DNA of 64,000 bases from Trichinella spiralis. Lineage: Eukaryota. The position numbers and the translations under genes are program-made. The number at the start of each line of letters is the position of its first letter. Position 1 is the first letter of the stretch. The notes beneath the pieces were generated by a model. That model did not search any database, was not told where the DNA came from, and was given only the letters and a program-made list of their open reading frames with translations. Where the stretch lies: assembly GCF_000181795.1 (NCBI RefSeq), contig NW_003526943.1:8535472-8599471 (forward strand). Reading direction: 5' to 3'. This document shows positions 39,566 through 52,832 of this stretch, piece by piece.

Positions 39566-42399
39566 TGGTTCCATATTTGCACTTTATATTTTCTACTGCG
39601 TTATCATTTTTTATTGGTGTTATTTGAAGTTGAATTATTTTTTTTCGTGTTTTTTTGAGAATTTCATATTTTTAATTAAATTACTTTAAAAGTCAAAAAT
39701 CTTTTAAAGTTTCTCCGTTCCAACTGGTATTATTGGGGCGACTTTAATGGCGGCTGCCCCCCCCCGTTGGGAAAAATTTTATGCAACTCTCACTATGTCC
39801 ATCCCCTGGATCCAAAATAAATCTTCTGGATACTCCATCTGCCCCCCTCCACCCCTATAAATTAGACCTATCAACGTCCCTGACCATGAATAAAATTTAC
39901 CATTTAAATAACCAACAAACCTTTCAAGAAAATAAACAGTTTAAATATAATACTACAAATTAATTCAGTAGTGAACTACAGTCATTGCTATTCATTGCGA
40001 ATTTAACTTGAAAGTATTCAAATATTTAAATTTATTTTTCATATTTCACATTTATACCATGCTTAGTATTGACATCTTCATTTGATGAAAGTTTTACTTA
40101 TTACTAAATTTTAATGAAATATCCTGATTTAGAAAATTTTACTTTTCATTTGTTGCAATATTTACTAACTGCCAATACAACTTACCTATGAATAAGTGGG
40201 AATATTTGAGAGGAGTTTAACCAACAACTTGCATAGTGTAGAAAGAAATGACAACTCATTTAGCATCAAATTTATTTAACAAATATACATCAGTTGGTAA
40301 AAATTTACAGATAAGTGACAAAAACAATTTAAAATTTATAAAAACATGCATTTATTTGTAAATGATTCTTTTAGATTCAATACATTTTTTGAATATTGAT
40401 TTCGGTATTTTAAATATTTTATCAAAACTAATTCAATATTTAATAATATTATTTACTTCTTCCATTCACTCCACTGAATTAAGTTACTAAGGTTTTTTCA
40501 TCAATTATTAAATAACTTCCATTAACTAGAGTTTCCTGTTAACTAATTTTCCACTATGTTTGCTAATTTAATAATCTAATACAACTGAAGCTTTGTAAAG
40601 AACTCTTAGTATCTTTCTGCAATATTGATGATGGATTAAAATCAAATTCTGCACTGATCTAATCATTGCTCTACAAACAGTTGTGATCTAAAAATAAACT
40701 TCAATGATTTGAAGACAAGAAAACCAAACTTCTAGAGAATTTATTTACTTCAAGCTATAAATTAATATATTTATTAATAAAATATAAACTTATATATAGA
40801 AAAAAAACAAAATTTTAATGACAGTGAAACAATTACATATATTAAACAATAAGTTATCTTTAGAAAAAACATAAAATGTTAGATGCATTGATATTGATCG
40901 GCGAATAGCAGCGACTTCAGAAACTAATAAGCTTCGAATTGAACATACCTAATAATAAAGATGCATTACCAAAAGAGTATAGACGTATTGCAATTTATGA
41001 GAATTATCAAACATTATCAGAGAGAAGATTAATCATCATATTTAGCACTAATGCAATAGTGCACTGATATACAGGCAAATATGTAACTGTATTTTCGTCA
41101 TTTGTAAAAAACATCTATATAAAATTTATCAAATTCATATTTATAAAATTACTTACACATTTCAAATTCTGCAAAACAAATCAGCCCAAAAAATAACTTT
41201 TTAAAAGCACAATAAAATAAAGAAAAGTAAGTATTAATAAATTACTAGTAAAGTAAATAAATAAACTCAGAAGTATTGTCATAGTATTAGCTATACTAAA
41301 AAGAAGTTAACTTTTCAGGGTTAAATTTTATGTAGTATAATGATATATTCTTATAATGAGCTTTCTATCGATCACAAGTATCAAAAATTATGACTAGTGT
41401 ACTGTAATTGGTAATTGTGCAATTTTTATATAATAAATATATAACAATTTTCTGTATAATGTAAAATCATTGCAAACTAATTTTTAAATGCAACTTCATT
41501 GTCGGTTTTATTAAACTGTAGTCTACTTAAGTGCATGTGCAGGAATAGTTCACATATTTTGTTAGGTTAAAAGTGAGAAAGCAAGTTTGATAATTATGCT
41601 TTACAATACTGTATTTTAACAAACAGTTTAATACAACAGTAAAATATACAAAGCATATGCAAAGCAGTACTTGCTCTCAATTCATATGTCTCATATATTA
41701 AGCATTCGGTTTTACTCGGTTTATATCCTTTTCAAGTGAGGACAGGCTAAAGAAATTCTTTGTAACACGCTGAGACTAAATCAAATCCAACCATCATCTT
41801 CATAGGTGTACGCAGTATTTTAGGTGAAGAAAAAGCAAAGAGAAAAAAAGTTGCAATTTGCGTAGACTGCAAAAATTTAAACGACTGTAATGTGCTACAT
41901 GACGCGACAAACATTTTAGCAAATATATTTGAACTTGCATTCAGCAAAGTATTACAGTAATGCGTATGCGTGCGTGTCACTGTTATTGTTGTGCGTGGTA
42001 AGAGATGTGTTTTCTTGGTCTTTATACTGACATTACGAATAAAGCTTACGCTCTCAGTAATCAACTAACTGAAGATTGTCGAAGAAGATGAAATAGCATT
42101 AAAAGAATTGACTATGACTAACTTGGCGAATGATGATTATCATGCTGGACAATGTTGAAGAATTTGATGTCTCTAACTCGAAAGTATGGACATAAGCATA
42201 TGCGTGTCGTCGATGCTCTTCTTGGAGGCTAGCAAGTTTACTGATTTTGCGACTGAAATAGCCATAGATCATCAGTTTTCGAGTTGATTCAAGCACTTAT
42301 CTCACGAACTGATCTTGCGAATAAATCTTTCGAAGAGATTCTATACGTTTTAGAAGAGCAGTTCTCCTTTCCCAGCCATCTGAAATTGCAGAACGTGGT

Positions 42400-43900
42400 G
42401 CCTTATATAAGGTGAATTAGAAAGTCGACGAATGAATTTATGATTTTATTGCCGTTCTTGGTCAGCTGGCGCAGTTTCAGAGTTGGAGAATATATTACGT
42501 AAGCAAATGGTTGGTTATTGACTTGTGAGATGAGGAGCTACCGCTATGCATATTTTTACGGAAGAATTTGATCTTTTAGTCAGCTTTGGAAAAAGCTCTA
42601 TTAGCAGAAACAGTTGCTCAACATACTCGAGATGTTCGCGCTTCTGACATCAACAGAGCAGCACAATTAACTTATGATATTTTTGTGAAGCATAGCAACT
42701 TCAGATGTGACTTACAGCACAATTTCAAGTTTGTCTGTGCTGCAGAGCATATGGCGAAATTTGCCGAAGCGACAGAGAAAAGTAGAGGCTAAGCCTATGG
42801 CGAGTTTCCTAGCATCTGTTGGCAGTGTGATGTGTCACAGCTTCTTAACAGGCCTTTGGCGAAACTTCGTCAGTCATGTTTAGTGTCAAGAAAGATTCGA
42901 GTAGCAGTTGTCGTTGGACGCCTTCAATGTGACTCCGTATCAGAATTCACGATTGTTTCTGGATATATTTTCCGGAAGATATCGCAGACGAGAAAAGTAA
43001 GAAGACAGAACAGTGAATCCGCTTATTTTCAAATTGGCAACTTTGCCGGAAGAACTGATCCCAACACTGAAAGGGTCTGTAATGGATGTCCAACTTTGCA
43101 GTAGAAAAGAAGACTCTTATCTGGAGTGACCAAAGTGACCCTTCGCGACTTTCAACTAGTTCGTAAATAAACTGGTTGAATAGAGAGCCCTGTCTGAAAT
43201 CAGTGAGCTGAGTACAAAGTTTACCAGTCGTCATCAGCGTAGCCCCAGGAATTATTCAAATTGTTGTCAGGGGTGTTGGCATATTTGACGACATTCTTAT
43301 TGCAGAGAGCGATGAACACGACGCTGTTGCGTTTCGGTAACGTTTTCCGGCATTGCACAGTATTGGAGTGCGACTGAAAGCAGCGAAAAAATAACAGCCA
43401 AAAGATGGAAAACTTTAAACTGAAGAAGAAGCTAAATGGATCCAGAGGTCAGACAGCAACGGCAAACTCTCTTGGAACGTAAGGAGAGTGATCATTCCAT
43501 TTCAAGCACGTCATCAGAAGGTCGTTAAGGACTTGCACTAGGCATAATTCGAATGAGAGCTCTGTCCTGAAATTGTGAATTGAAAGCTCCTACTACTTGT
43601 GAAATTAAAACGGAAAATGTGAGTTCAACATGGTTGCTGAACTTCCAAGTGCAAACTGATGGTGGTGGTCAATTATGGCGCCTTCACATCGATCAATGAA
43701 GAAAGCGTTTTATTAGGCTCTTGAACAGGTGATTCTCCAAACGCAAGAAACAACAGGAGCAAAAGAAAGAGCTATGAGAAAAGAAATCGCAATGGTTAGA
43801 GAAGAAACAGTGGGGTTGCGCAACGTCGATCGTCCCCCGGGGAACAAAAACTGAAGGTCAGAATAGCTCAAGTTACAAAGAACTATGAATTTTGGAGAAG
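42400..43900 (+). mobile_element. Heavily degraded Ty3/Gypsy LTR-retrotransposon remnant (gag/RT/integrase fragments); boundaries approximate
   Basis: QSLPVVISVAPGIIQ near 43215-43260 resembles the RT motif RLPFG..SAPGIFQ. GVLAY(frameshift)DDILIA at 43270-43305, GVRLKAAK near 43365-43390, RVIIPFQ...VVKDLH* near 43485-43542 (integrase N-terminal region). Many stops and frameshifts; GC higher than flanks. Confidence 0.65.
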
Positions 43901-44285
43901 TGATACGGTTTTACAGTGAACACTTTGATAAGTATATTCCAACTTCCTTCATCAACGCATTGCCATAATGTATGTATGTTAGTTGTGCATTATAATTTTT
44001 TCCCGTTTCTGTTATCATTCCAAATAAAGTTTCTGCTTTCACTGATGATCTGTATTCATACCCAACAATGACAAAGAAGGATGCGTATGTCATTCTCCTT
44101 CCGTTACAAAAGTTGGACTATTGGTAATGTGACATGTGACTAAAATGAAACTACAATTCTGTTATATTTATTCAAGTAATTCAGATAATTTATTGATGAT
44201 GATTTCACAACAGTTTAATGACGATCGGAAGAAGGCAAACGTATCGTATCGTAGAAACGTAATGAAGTTTTCCGTTCATTAAATT

Positions 44286-46290
44286 TCACAGTTCTATTTT
44301 CGCCAGATGTTCTTCTTCATCATTTTTTAAATGCTTCTTTTTAAGATATCGTTCAAAATTTTCTAAAGGATTGCCATTGAAAAACGAATGAAACGAAATC
44401 ATTGGCATCTTATGTAAATAATCATGTGCATAAGATGAGCTCGGCGCTTGATGAAATGATGATGAATGCACAATAGGAATGTCAGTATTACTGAGATAGA
44501 ATCCAATGCTCATATCATCCGGTGCATCTTTAGCTGTGCACTGGAGAAGAAATGCAAGCGTGGAAACGACCGGAGGAGAAAAAACAGCCCTGTCAACATT
44601 GAAATGAGATTATTTAAAATAGAGATACTGTTTTGCCATCTTTACCCTGCCCCCAGAGTGGGATAATCAAATCCACGTGTGCCATCCGTGTTGAAATGGA
44701 AACCATACCGCTGGCCCAAAATCATCTGGCTTTCAGAATTGTAGCATCGAAGCAATCTGAACAACGCTGCAACGCTGAAATAAATTCCTTTCAAAAGTGA
44801 CTGAAAACAGTTGAATAAATTTAAATCAACTTGAATAATGTGTCATCATCAGCCAACACGATCCATTTGTACTTTCGGTTGTTGATTTCATTAAAATATT
44901 GCAAAATATTCAACGTCTTTTCACAGTGTCCTACAATAAATGGTCCTTCTTACTGGCAAAGAAATATGCATGATTATTTTTACCCTCTTTCGTATTTTCA
45001 ACGTTCACTTTCACAGTGGGAATGTTTCGATCTTCAACATCACTGAAAAAAATCACCTGGATATCATTCGAAACCCAAGTCTGTTTCAAAATTGGTACTA
45101 AAATAAAATGATAAATAAAATAAACACATAAATAAATAAATAAATAAATGAACTTCGAGTTTGATGATTGCCACTCCAAGTTTTAACTGCAAATACAACA
45201 TCCTCGGACGATACGTTCCCGGTGCATTTGCTATCATCATAAACATATCGAGTGATGCAATTGGATTGTTCAGCCAAAGTGCAAAACATCGGCTCGTCTG
45301 TCAGCTCAACTCCGAAGCTGTTGTTATACAAAAGCAAAGCTAACTGAACATTTTTATTTGAAAAAAAAGTATCAATGCATTTTCACTTTCTTTCCCTCAC
45401 CTCATACATGGCGTCAATGATGAACATCTGAGCATCTGACTCCTTGGATTTCACCAATTCAACAGCGCTGAAAGCAACAATACAATTTCAACATCGCAAT
45501 CGAACAAGAAATGCAACAACTTTCCTACCAAAATTTTCCAACTTCTAATCATATTGATAAATAAAATCTATTGCTTACAAATTGAATGTCGCTTTGCTGA
45601 TAACAAATCCGGCACCCAGTTCTGGATATTTGAGCTTCTCACTGCTAAAATGGTGTATGATTGTCATGGAATGGTCGATCAACGCGTGACCAATAAAAAA
45701 TTGCTGAAAAATTGAACATATATTTAATTATTTATACTTTAATTTTTCCTCGTCAAACCTTTGCCGGATCGAATTTGGCAAGCAATTGTGTTAAACGCAT
45801 CAAATCGACAACAGTTTCCGATTCCATGAAAAATAGCCATTTGTATTGCACAGTTTGCAATTTGTTGTGCAACCTGAAAAGAATATTTTATATTAAATTT
45901 TATAAAGGAACAAACAAAAAGAAACAAAACTTAACTTTTGAACATAGGCCATATTGCCCACGCTCCTGTCGTGGCAGAGAAGTCGGAATGAGTAAAATAC
46001 ACATGCACCTGAACAATATTTTACAATTATATCAATAAAATATGATACATTTTTTGATTACCGTAAAATTGGTCTGTCTGATTAATTTTCCTTTCAATAA
46101 ATCAGCACTCACACCTTGCTTTTCAATAGGTTCAGTAACGTAAACAAAAACAATTTCACACGGCTCTTCAATAAAAGACAAAAAAACCAAATTTCAGATT
46201 AAAAATAATTCGTACAAATCAAACATTACCCAACGAGTAAGAGACGCAACAAACAACCGAAATTATTAAAATTAAGTAGACAGAACGCAT
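44286..46290 (-). CDS. B3GLCT: Fringe-like GT31 glycosyltransferase, beta-1,3-glucosyltransferase (B3GLCT)-like; multi-exon
   Basis: Signal/anchor MRSVYLILIISVVCCVSYSL from ATG 46290. Motifs DVVFAVKTW, IFFSDVEDRNIPTV...NTKEGHCEKTLNILQYF, WIVLADDDTLF (DxD), GQRYGF, DYPTLGAG, CSCTAKDAPDDMSIG, FHQAPSSSY..DYL...ISFH. Separated by short GT-AG introns. Confidence 0.85.
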
Positions 46291-46521
46291 TCTACAAAAA
46301 AATTTCATTTTTCAAACAAACAAGAACACACTCAGGGAAACATTATATATATAGAGAGAGAAAGAGAGAGAAAAAGAGAACTGGTGAAACCTCGAATGAA
46401 AAAATACATACAGCCACCAATAAATAACACAACTAATTGATTGTTTAATTTCAATCAACGGGTTTGCCAAAAAAAGAAAAAAAAGATATTGCGCGCATAT
46501 TCGCATATTTTAAAATGCAAA

Positions 46522-46875
46522 TCATATCATTCCTTCTGAACGATACGTGAACGCCACAATCCAGCAAACCATGAACGTGGCAAACGCCGAGCTGAAGCCT
46601 TCTTTGAAAATTTCACTGATGCCACCCAGCTCGTCTTCGTCGAAGCATTGAAATGCGGTTATGTAAAAATGAGTAACCAACGTGCTGACCATCAAATAGA
46701 AGGCAATAACAGAGAAACCTTCGACTGGCAACAGACCACAACCAATACCGAACAGCAGGCTGAAGATCTGCTTGAACCAATAAATCACATCAAGTAGATC
46801 GTCTTTGTCTGTCCATTCTGATTTCGCCTGTATTGCCTTACTGAACAATTCGCCCGCTTTTTTCGATATCAGCAT
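46522..46875 (-). CDS. RAB5IF: Rab5-interacting factor / OPTI (C20orf24) family small membrane protein
   Basis: W.DKDDLLDVIYWFKQI..L.FGI..G.LP..GF...FDEDELGG..E.FKEGF.SAFA.FMV.WI..FT, the family signature. Confidence 0.9.
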   Translation of the reverse strand: MLISKKAGELFSKAIQAKSEWTDKDDLLDVIYWFKQIFSLLFGIGCGLLPVEGFSVIAFYLMVSTLVTHFYITAFQCFDEDELGGISEIFKEGFSSAFATFMVCWIVAFTYRSEGMI

Positions 46876-47282
46876 CGATGCATGGAAAATTATCCCAAAT
46901 GCAGCAAAAATCTACAAATAATTTGATGCTTTAAAACTTTTTTTACATCTTACGACAGTTCGTATCTAATGGATTGATTCCCTTATGACAAAAAACAAAA
47001 TGCCCAACTTACTTTACAGTAAACTCAACATAAACAACTCAAAATGCCAACAACAAACACTTCGGCCAACTTACTGTAATCTTCAAAACCTGTATATATT
47101 TAAAGTGAACAAATTAATAAAATATTCATTTCAAGAATAGAATTTCTCATGTACTGGTAGATTGACACTGAATACAGAGTAACAGATTCATAAAAATATT
47201 AAAAAAATTTTTTTTTCACTAATACTGACAAAATAATCTGAACAGTAGTCAGTCCATAAATGCTTCAGATATCAGTGTTTTT

Positions 47283-48223
47283 TTACAAGCCCATCAATGA
47301 TTTCGCTTCTGAACTCTGCTTCATGAGCGATTCACTTGCATATTTTTCCAAAAGTTCCATTTTTTTGCGTTTCAAAATCGCCTGCTCAACTTCTTCCTGA
47401 GAAGGCACTGGAATAGAACCAGTCGAAACATCCTCAACATTCTCTGGTCTGTCGGTAGAATCATCGCCGGGGAAAAGGATGTCAGCGGCATTCTCTTCTT
47501 CAAAATTCCCGATATCTTCAACAGTTGGCAAATCAACTTTGTCAACAAGTTCATCTGCAAATTTGTCCATTTTATTTTTTTCCCATTCTTCAACCGCTTT
47601 CTTTCTCGCGGCAGCTTCAGCTTCGCATTCAAGCGGAAGTATCACTCCATCATCTTCATCCACATAACCGTAATACTAAACAAATATAAACGTTTTTCCA
47701 TTTTATTACATTTTAAATAATAATAAAAAAAAATATTTACCCTGGCATCTGCAGCACGAACAAGCTGAGCATAAGTTTTTTTCAATTTCCCAACGTCTGA
47801 AGTTGGCTTTGCAAAAAGCTCTCGAACCCCTGGCAAATCTTTCGCAGCTCCAAAATATTTATATCCCCTATTGCCAGGTAGTTCTCTTCCTTCGCGATCG
47901 AGCATTTTTGGCGCTATCCGTTTGTAATCTGGCCCGCCAAGCTCACGAACCCGCACTTCCCAGTGGTATTTAGTTTTCAACAACTTGTTAATTTCATCAT
48001 TGAGATCGCGAATTTTAAATTCGCCCAAACCGGGATTTTGAATCTGAGCAATTTTCCTTGCAATTTCCCTGATCACATCCAAACGCCACATTTCTGCTTT
48101 ACGCAAATCGTTGCAATCCGATGCCAACGCCGGACGATGATCCGTCGGTCCGCGTTCTTCGTCAAGCTTCATCTTTCTCCAACGAGCCAAAGCGGTTAAC
48201 GCTTTTTCCGCATTTCGAGCCAT
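47283..48223 (-). CDS. ISY1: Pre-mRNA splicing factor ISY1; exons 48223-47741 and 47675-47283
   Basis: MARNAEKA.TALARW, IQNPGLGEFKIRDLNDEINKL, ELGGPDY, GYKYFGAAKDLPGVRELF. A 65-nt phase-0 intron joins to YYGYVDEDDGVILPLE...VPSQEEVEQAILKRKKMELLEKYAS. Confidence 0.95.
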
Positions 48224-50018
48224 CTTACCTCTTTTATATCTATCTACAATGCAAACAACTACTTTTTACTCAAATTGCAAAAATATAAATTGCGTAATAA
48301 TCAAATTAATTTTCATATTATAAAAGCTAAAATTACCATATACAAGTATATACTAACTATTTACAAATTTGTTTATAAAATTTATAATAAAAGTGACATT
48401 TCTGCAAAACAAATTGACCTTGTCACACAAAAACAATACTACCTCTCTTATAAAAAGTGCAATAAAATGGAAAGTAGAAAATTGAAATTTTAAATTAGAA
48501 AGTTTAATTTTTTTCAAATAATCAATAAGAATTCAGAAAAAAATTTATATATATTATTATTATCGACTCACAGCCGTTAATAATACGTTTCAACACGTAA
48601 AAGCATTGCTCTAAAACACAACAAAATCAAAATTATATATAAACCAAAGTCATTCATTGACAGTGAAAATTCAACTAGCCGGGATAAAGCCACGATAGTT
48701 AATAATAGTTAGCATATGTTCATTGTAAATTGATTATACTCAAAAATATTTTTTTCGTATATTTATAAAAAGAAATTAAAATTCTTATAATTAAAAACTA
48801 ACTGAAACAATCCATACATAACAAAAAATCATAAATTTCAAACAAAAAATATAAAATTTTAATAAAAAATAGCAATGTTTGTAAAATAAAATGACAGCAA
48901 CATTTCGAAAAGAAACCCCAATAACATTTAGGGAAAGGCAATGCTTATCTGTAAAAGTCGGTTGTGACAAACGCCACTTTCCTTATAAAAATGGTATAAC
49001 ATTCTTTCGGATATACAAACAGTAAAAAAATGCGACAAAATAAAAAAGTAATTAAACATTAAAAAACATTCAAACTGAAAAAGAAAAAAATAAGATAGCA
49101 AGCAACAAAAACGTACCATCCAAAGGTCACTGATGACAGTTCTCATTTCTTAAAATTATGTTATAAAATTATAAAAAATTGTCTGAACACTAAAATATGA
49201 TTAGAATCTTTCATTAGAACTAAAATATCTTTCATTAGAAGTTTATATTCACTGAAGAGAAGCAAAGCTAACCCATAGTTCGGTAAAACACTCGATTAAA
49301 GACCACATCAATTTCACTTAAAAAACAACTCAAAGTAAAAATATTGTTTTAGTAACAGTAACAAATTTTCAGCTCAATATTATTAACAAAGGTAATCAAT
49401 TTCCATAAATATAAATTCAGTAACACACACCTCTTAAATAAAAATAATGCTACAACTAAAATAAATTTCAATCCATAAACGAATTACGCCGTGATGCTTA
49501 CAGTATACAGAAATGAAAATGAGGTTACAAACCACTTAAATTAAAAAAATACAAATGGACTATAATTAGTTTTCAATGAAGCATATTTAATAAAACACAT
49601 TCTACAATATTTACCAAAAACAAGCTAAATACTTATTTTTAATTTCTTTTGTGTCATAATGCATTGAATACAACACATTTAAATGTCAATATATAAATTT
49701 GCATTATTTAATTAAAATTGTTATTATCATCATTATAATCGTGTTAATTAATAACTCTGCATTTTTTGTCTATGCACACATGTAAATAATGATGAAACAT
49801 CTATACTAAAAGTATCATGAAGAAGTGATTATATTGACTACTTGAAAATCATACATTCAATTACAACATAATATTTGAAATTTCGAATTCAATGCGCGTC
49901 ATTACTTCTAATATTTTAAGAATGAAGTTATTATACTTTATTTATTAATTTCATGGCGTACTTTTTGAGGGTTTTTGTTGTGCAATGTTATTTCACTTGC
50001 TATTTGCGATTATTTTAG

Positions 50019-50561
50019 ATGGAGAGCAGTTACCTTGAACTTGTTGATATTCTGGCAACTGAAGAGAAGGTGAAAGTAAAGGTGAATAAAGATATACGCA
50101 AACTTGGTTATTTGGATCCAAATGGAAATCGTGAAAATTTACCTAAAGGTTTCGTCGTTGAATTGCCTTTATGGATTGCTCGAGAGCTTTCATCTGGTAC
50201 TCAGCCTCCTTTGAATTTGATTTTACCAGCTGTGTTCAAATCTGGTCATCAACAAGTTATGTCTGCATGTGCCGAGCTTGTCAATTTGCACAAAGCCAGC
50301 CCATATTATTATCAGTTTGGTGTACATTTAGCAAATTGTTTTCCATCTCAACGAACGGAAATCAGTTCTTCATTGAAGAGTACCTTCCTTGGGCGCTTTT
50401 CATGGATAATGAACACTGCTGTTAATGATTCACGCGTAGACAAACCTCGTACTTTGGATGCGTGGGAATCAGAAATGTTTGATGAAGGCCGCAAATCGTA
50501 TGTTCGATTTAAAAAGTGGTCGCAGGGTCCTCACACATTACGATTTGGTTCAAATACGTAA
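50019..50561 (+). CDS. GINS3: DNA replication complex GINS subunit PSF3 (intronless)
   Basis: YL.L.DILATEEKV, LGYLD, LPKG..VELPLW.A, VNLHK..PYYY.FG, TF.GRF..IM..A, LD.WE..MF..G...F.KW. An acceptor-like TTTTAG directly precedes the ATG. Confidence 0.9.
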   Translation: MESSYLELVDILATEEKVKVKVNKDIRKLGYLDPNGNRENLPKGFVVELPLWIARELSSGTQPPLNLILPAVFKSGHQQVMSACAELVNLHKASPYYYQFGVHLANCFPSQRTEISSSLKSTFLGRFSWIMNTAVNDSRVDKPRTLDAWESEMFDEGRKSYVRFKKWSQGPHTLRFGSNT

Positions 50562-50707
50562 TTACCGTAATGTTCGTACAGTTGTATTTTTTAATGAAAA
50601 CTATTTCGAAGGTGCATAAACTTCATTGAAAACTTTTACTGTGATTTTTTGAAATATAATAAACATAATTTAAATCAACAAAAACGTGAACAAATTTCTG
50701 TATACAG

Positions 50708-50989
50708 TGTAACGAGCCGCTCTTTCGGGCGGGCTCGTTCGTCACCCGAACCGGGCTATTAACACAGTCGACCGGCGGGTTCCTCCGTGCGGTCATATCC
50801 TCCGTTGGGTTCCGCCGGCTCTGCTGCCCTGTCTTCCGTGTTCGCGCTCTCCCGACACAGTAAAATTCCAGAACCAACAAGCACACTCGCGCACTACCAA
50901 CTATCGTACTGCCATAATTCTTTTCCGATGTTCAAGTATTTTTCTGTTTACGGTATCTTGGCTGCTCTTCTTCCAATTCGTCCGCTACA
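50708..50989. mobile_element. Solo LTR (282 bp) with 4-bp target-site duplication ACAG
   Basis: Begins TGTAACG and ends CGCTACA (imperfect terminal inverted repeat). ACAG at 50704-50707 and 50990-50993. GC-rich relative to flanks. Confidence 0.8.
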
Positions 50990-51046
50990 ACAGATATGAT
51001 GTATGATATTTTTTGTGTCTATATAAATATAGTCATGGTTGATCAC

Positions 51047-51830
51047 TGTAACAGACGGACAGGTGCCCAGTACCTAGCGGTAGGAAATCTTAAACATCAC
51101 TCATTCCAAGCACTTCAAGAAGATTGGCGATCCATCAGTAGAAAAGAGTCATGTGATACTTGATCGTCAGAAAGATTACGGTAGTTGGGTGGATTGGAAA
51201 GAGACAGTTGGTTTTAGTGTGTAGTTGCGGTTGGTTTTCGACCGCGGTGTGATTTATCATAGTGATTGTCTGTAGTACGTTCTAATAAAGATTTTAATCC
51301 ATTACGTCGTTGTTTCTCTTTTTGTCCTGAATGTCTTCGTCGAAGTGTGAAAGATGTCGAAAGCACACCATAGACTAATCGAGAATGGCACTTCATCGAC
51401 TGCTGTCTCTGTCAATCATCTCGTAACAACACTCTCTACATGCGAGGTTCAAGTTCAAGTACATGCGAAAAGACTACTGCAGCTAGTACCCTGAAGGCAC
51501 ATTCCGGAGAAATGAATCCAGGAGTAACGAAAATTATGAAGGAAGTGACGAAGTACTTGTCAAAAAGCCAACCTGCCGTGATCACCCTGCTCAAACGGTA
51601 TGAACAAGCCATTGCGGCAACTAATCAAGACCTGGGACTGATTGTTTCTAAAGATATCTTGGCGATGGTGGGCCGTCAGTGTATTTGACAAATTGCTTAT
51701 ATTGCTGCAAAAGTTGGCCAGAAAAGCGAACCAACAATAGTCAACCTGAATTTAACAGTAATTGCCGACATGAGGAAACGTGACCAAACTGATAGAAAAG
51801 TATTTCCCGGATGAGACTTTTAACAGTAGC
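51047..51830 (+). mobile_element. Possible degraded LTR (TGTAAC...CGTAACA, about 51047-51428) plus decayed internal sequence of another retroelement
   Basis: TG...CA ends, internal AATAAA near 51284, followed by coding-like sequence with stops. No clean TSD or PBS. Confidence 0.35.
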
Positions 51831-51976
51831 GGTGTAGGCGATAGTTTAATTTGTCTTCCCATGTACACCACACTGACGATGAAAATGAGCATACATGAAT
51901 TTATCTACAATGGTGCATAAGCGAAAGCTAAGAGAGGTGTGCACCAACTTCTGGACGTGAAAGCAGACGACTACAA

Positions 51977-52832
51977 GGAGACAGCGGCGAGTCCACGTTG
52001 GATGCAAAACCACAATCACCAGCGGATAAGATACTGTGCTGTTGGTAGTACCCTGAAGGAACATCTCCGAGAAATAATGAACTGATCAGAACGAAGAAGA
52101 TCCTGAGAGTGCCCGTTGAATACAAAAAGCACGATCAGCAGCGGATAAGGTACTGTGCTTCTTGTAGTACAAAGAAGGAACATCGCCGAGAAATGAAGTA
52201 CTCAATACAACGGAGAAGATCCGGCGAGTCCGCGTTGGATACAAAACCACAATCACCAGCGGAGAAGGTACTGTGCTTCTTGAGTACCATGAAGGAACAT
52301 CGTCGAGAAATGAAGTACTGAATACAACGGAGAAGATCCGGCGAGTCTGCGTTGGATACTGTGTTATGATGGGCCGTCCTGGAATGACACACGATTGTAT
52401 CATGGCGACATTACCGAATTTCTAGAACTTGAGTATCGGCGATCTACCGTAGGAGGAAGTGGTGTCGTGTGCGTGACCTGGATTTGGAGCGCTGTCGTTT
52501 GCGTACCTTATTCCTGATCGAATAAAGCGTTTCCCGAAAGAGCGGCTCTTATCTTTGGTTCTGTTCCCGTCAAGTGCAAAAATTTATCACAGATACCGAA
52601 ACCACAATCACCAGCGGAGAAGGCACTGTGCTTCTTGAGTACCATGAAGGAACATCGCCGAGAAATGAAGAACTGAATACAACGGAGAAGATCTGGCGGA
52701 GTTTGCGTNGNATACCGAAACCNCAGTCTCCAGCGGAGAAGGTANTGTGCTTCTTGAGTACCATGAAGGAAACATCGCCGAGAAATGAAGTGACTGAATA
52801 CAACGGAGAAGATGCGGCGAGTTCCGCGTTGG
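51977..52832 (+). repeat. Minisatellite array A: about 5 copies of a roughly 117-bp unit, interrupted by a solo LTR
   Basis: Unit GGCGAGTCCGCGTTGGATACAAAACCACAATCACCAGCGGAGAAGGTACTGTGCTTCTTGAGTACCATGAAGGAACATCGCCGAGAAATGAAGTACTGAATACAACGGAGAAGATCC. Copies start near 51986, 52104, 52223, 52340, 52695 and 52816 (partial). Confidence 0.9.
52360..52591 (+). mobile_element. Gypsy solo LTR (232 bp) with 5-bp TSD GATAC, inserted in a minisatellite unit
   Basis: TGTGTTA...TATCACA termini. GATAC at 52355-52359 and 52592-52596. The repeat unit resumes in register afterwards. Internal AATAAA. Four substitutions seen relative to the LTR at 54824. Confidence 0.9.

Noticed and set aside
51870..51890. CTGACGA-TGAAA resembling a hammerhead ribozyme core
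   Set aside because: No stem II between the two motifs and no supporting flanking helices.
52574..52830. N-terminus of the 744-aa ORF as a real repeat-pol fusion protein
   Set aside because: It starts at a GTG inside the LTR and crosses N bases and small indels in repeat units, so the open frame is probably fortuitous.
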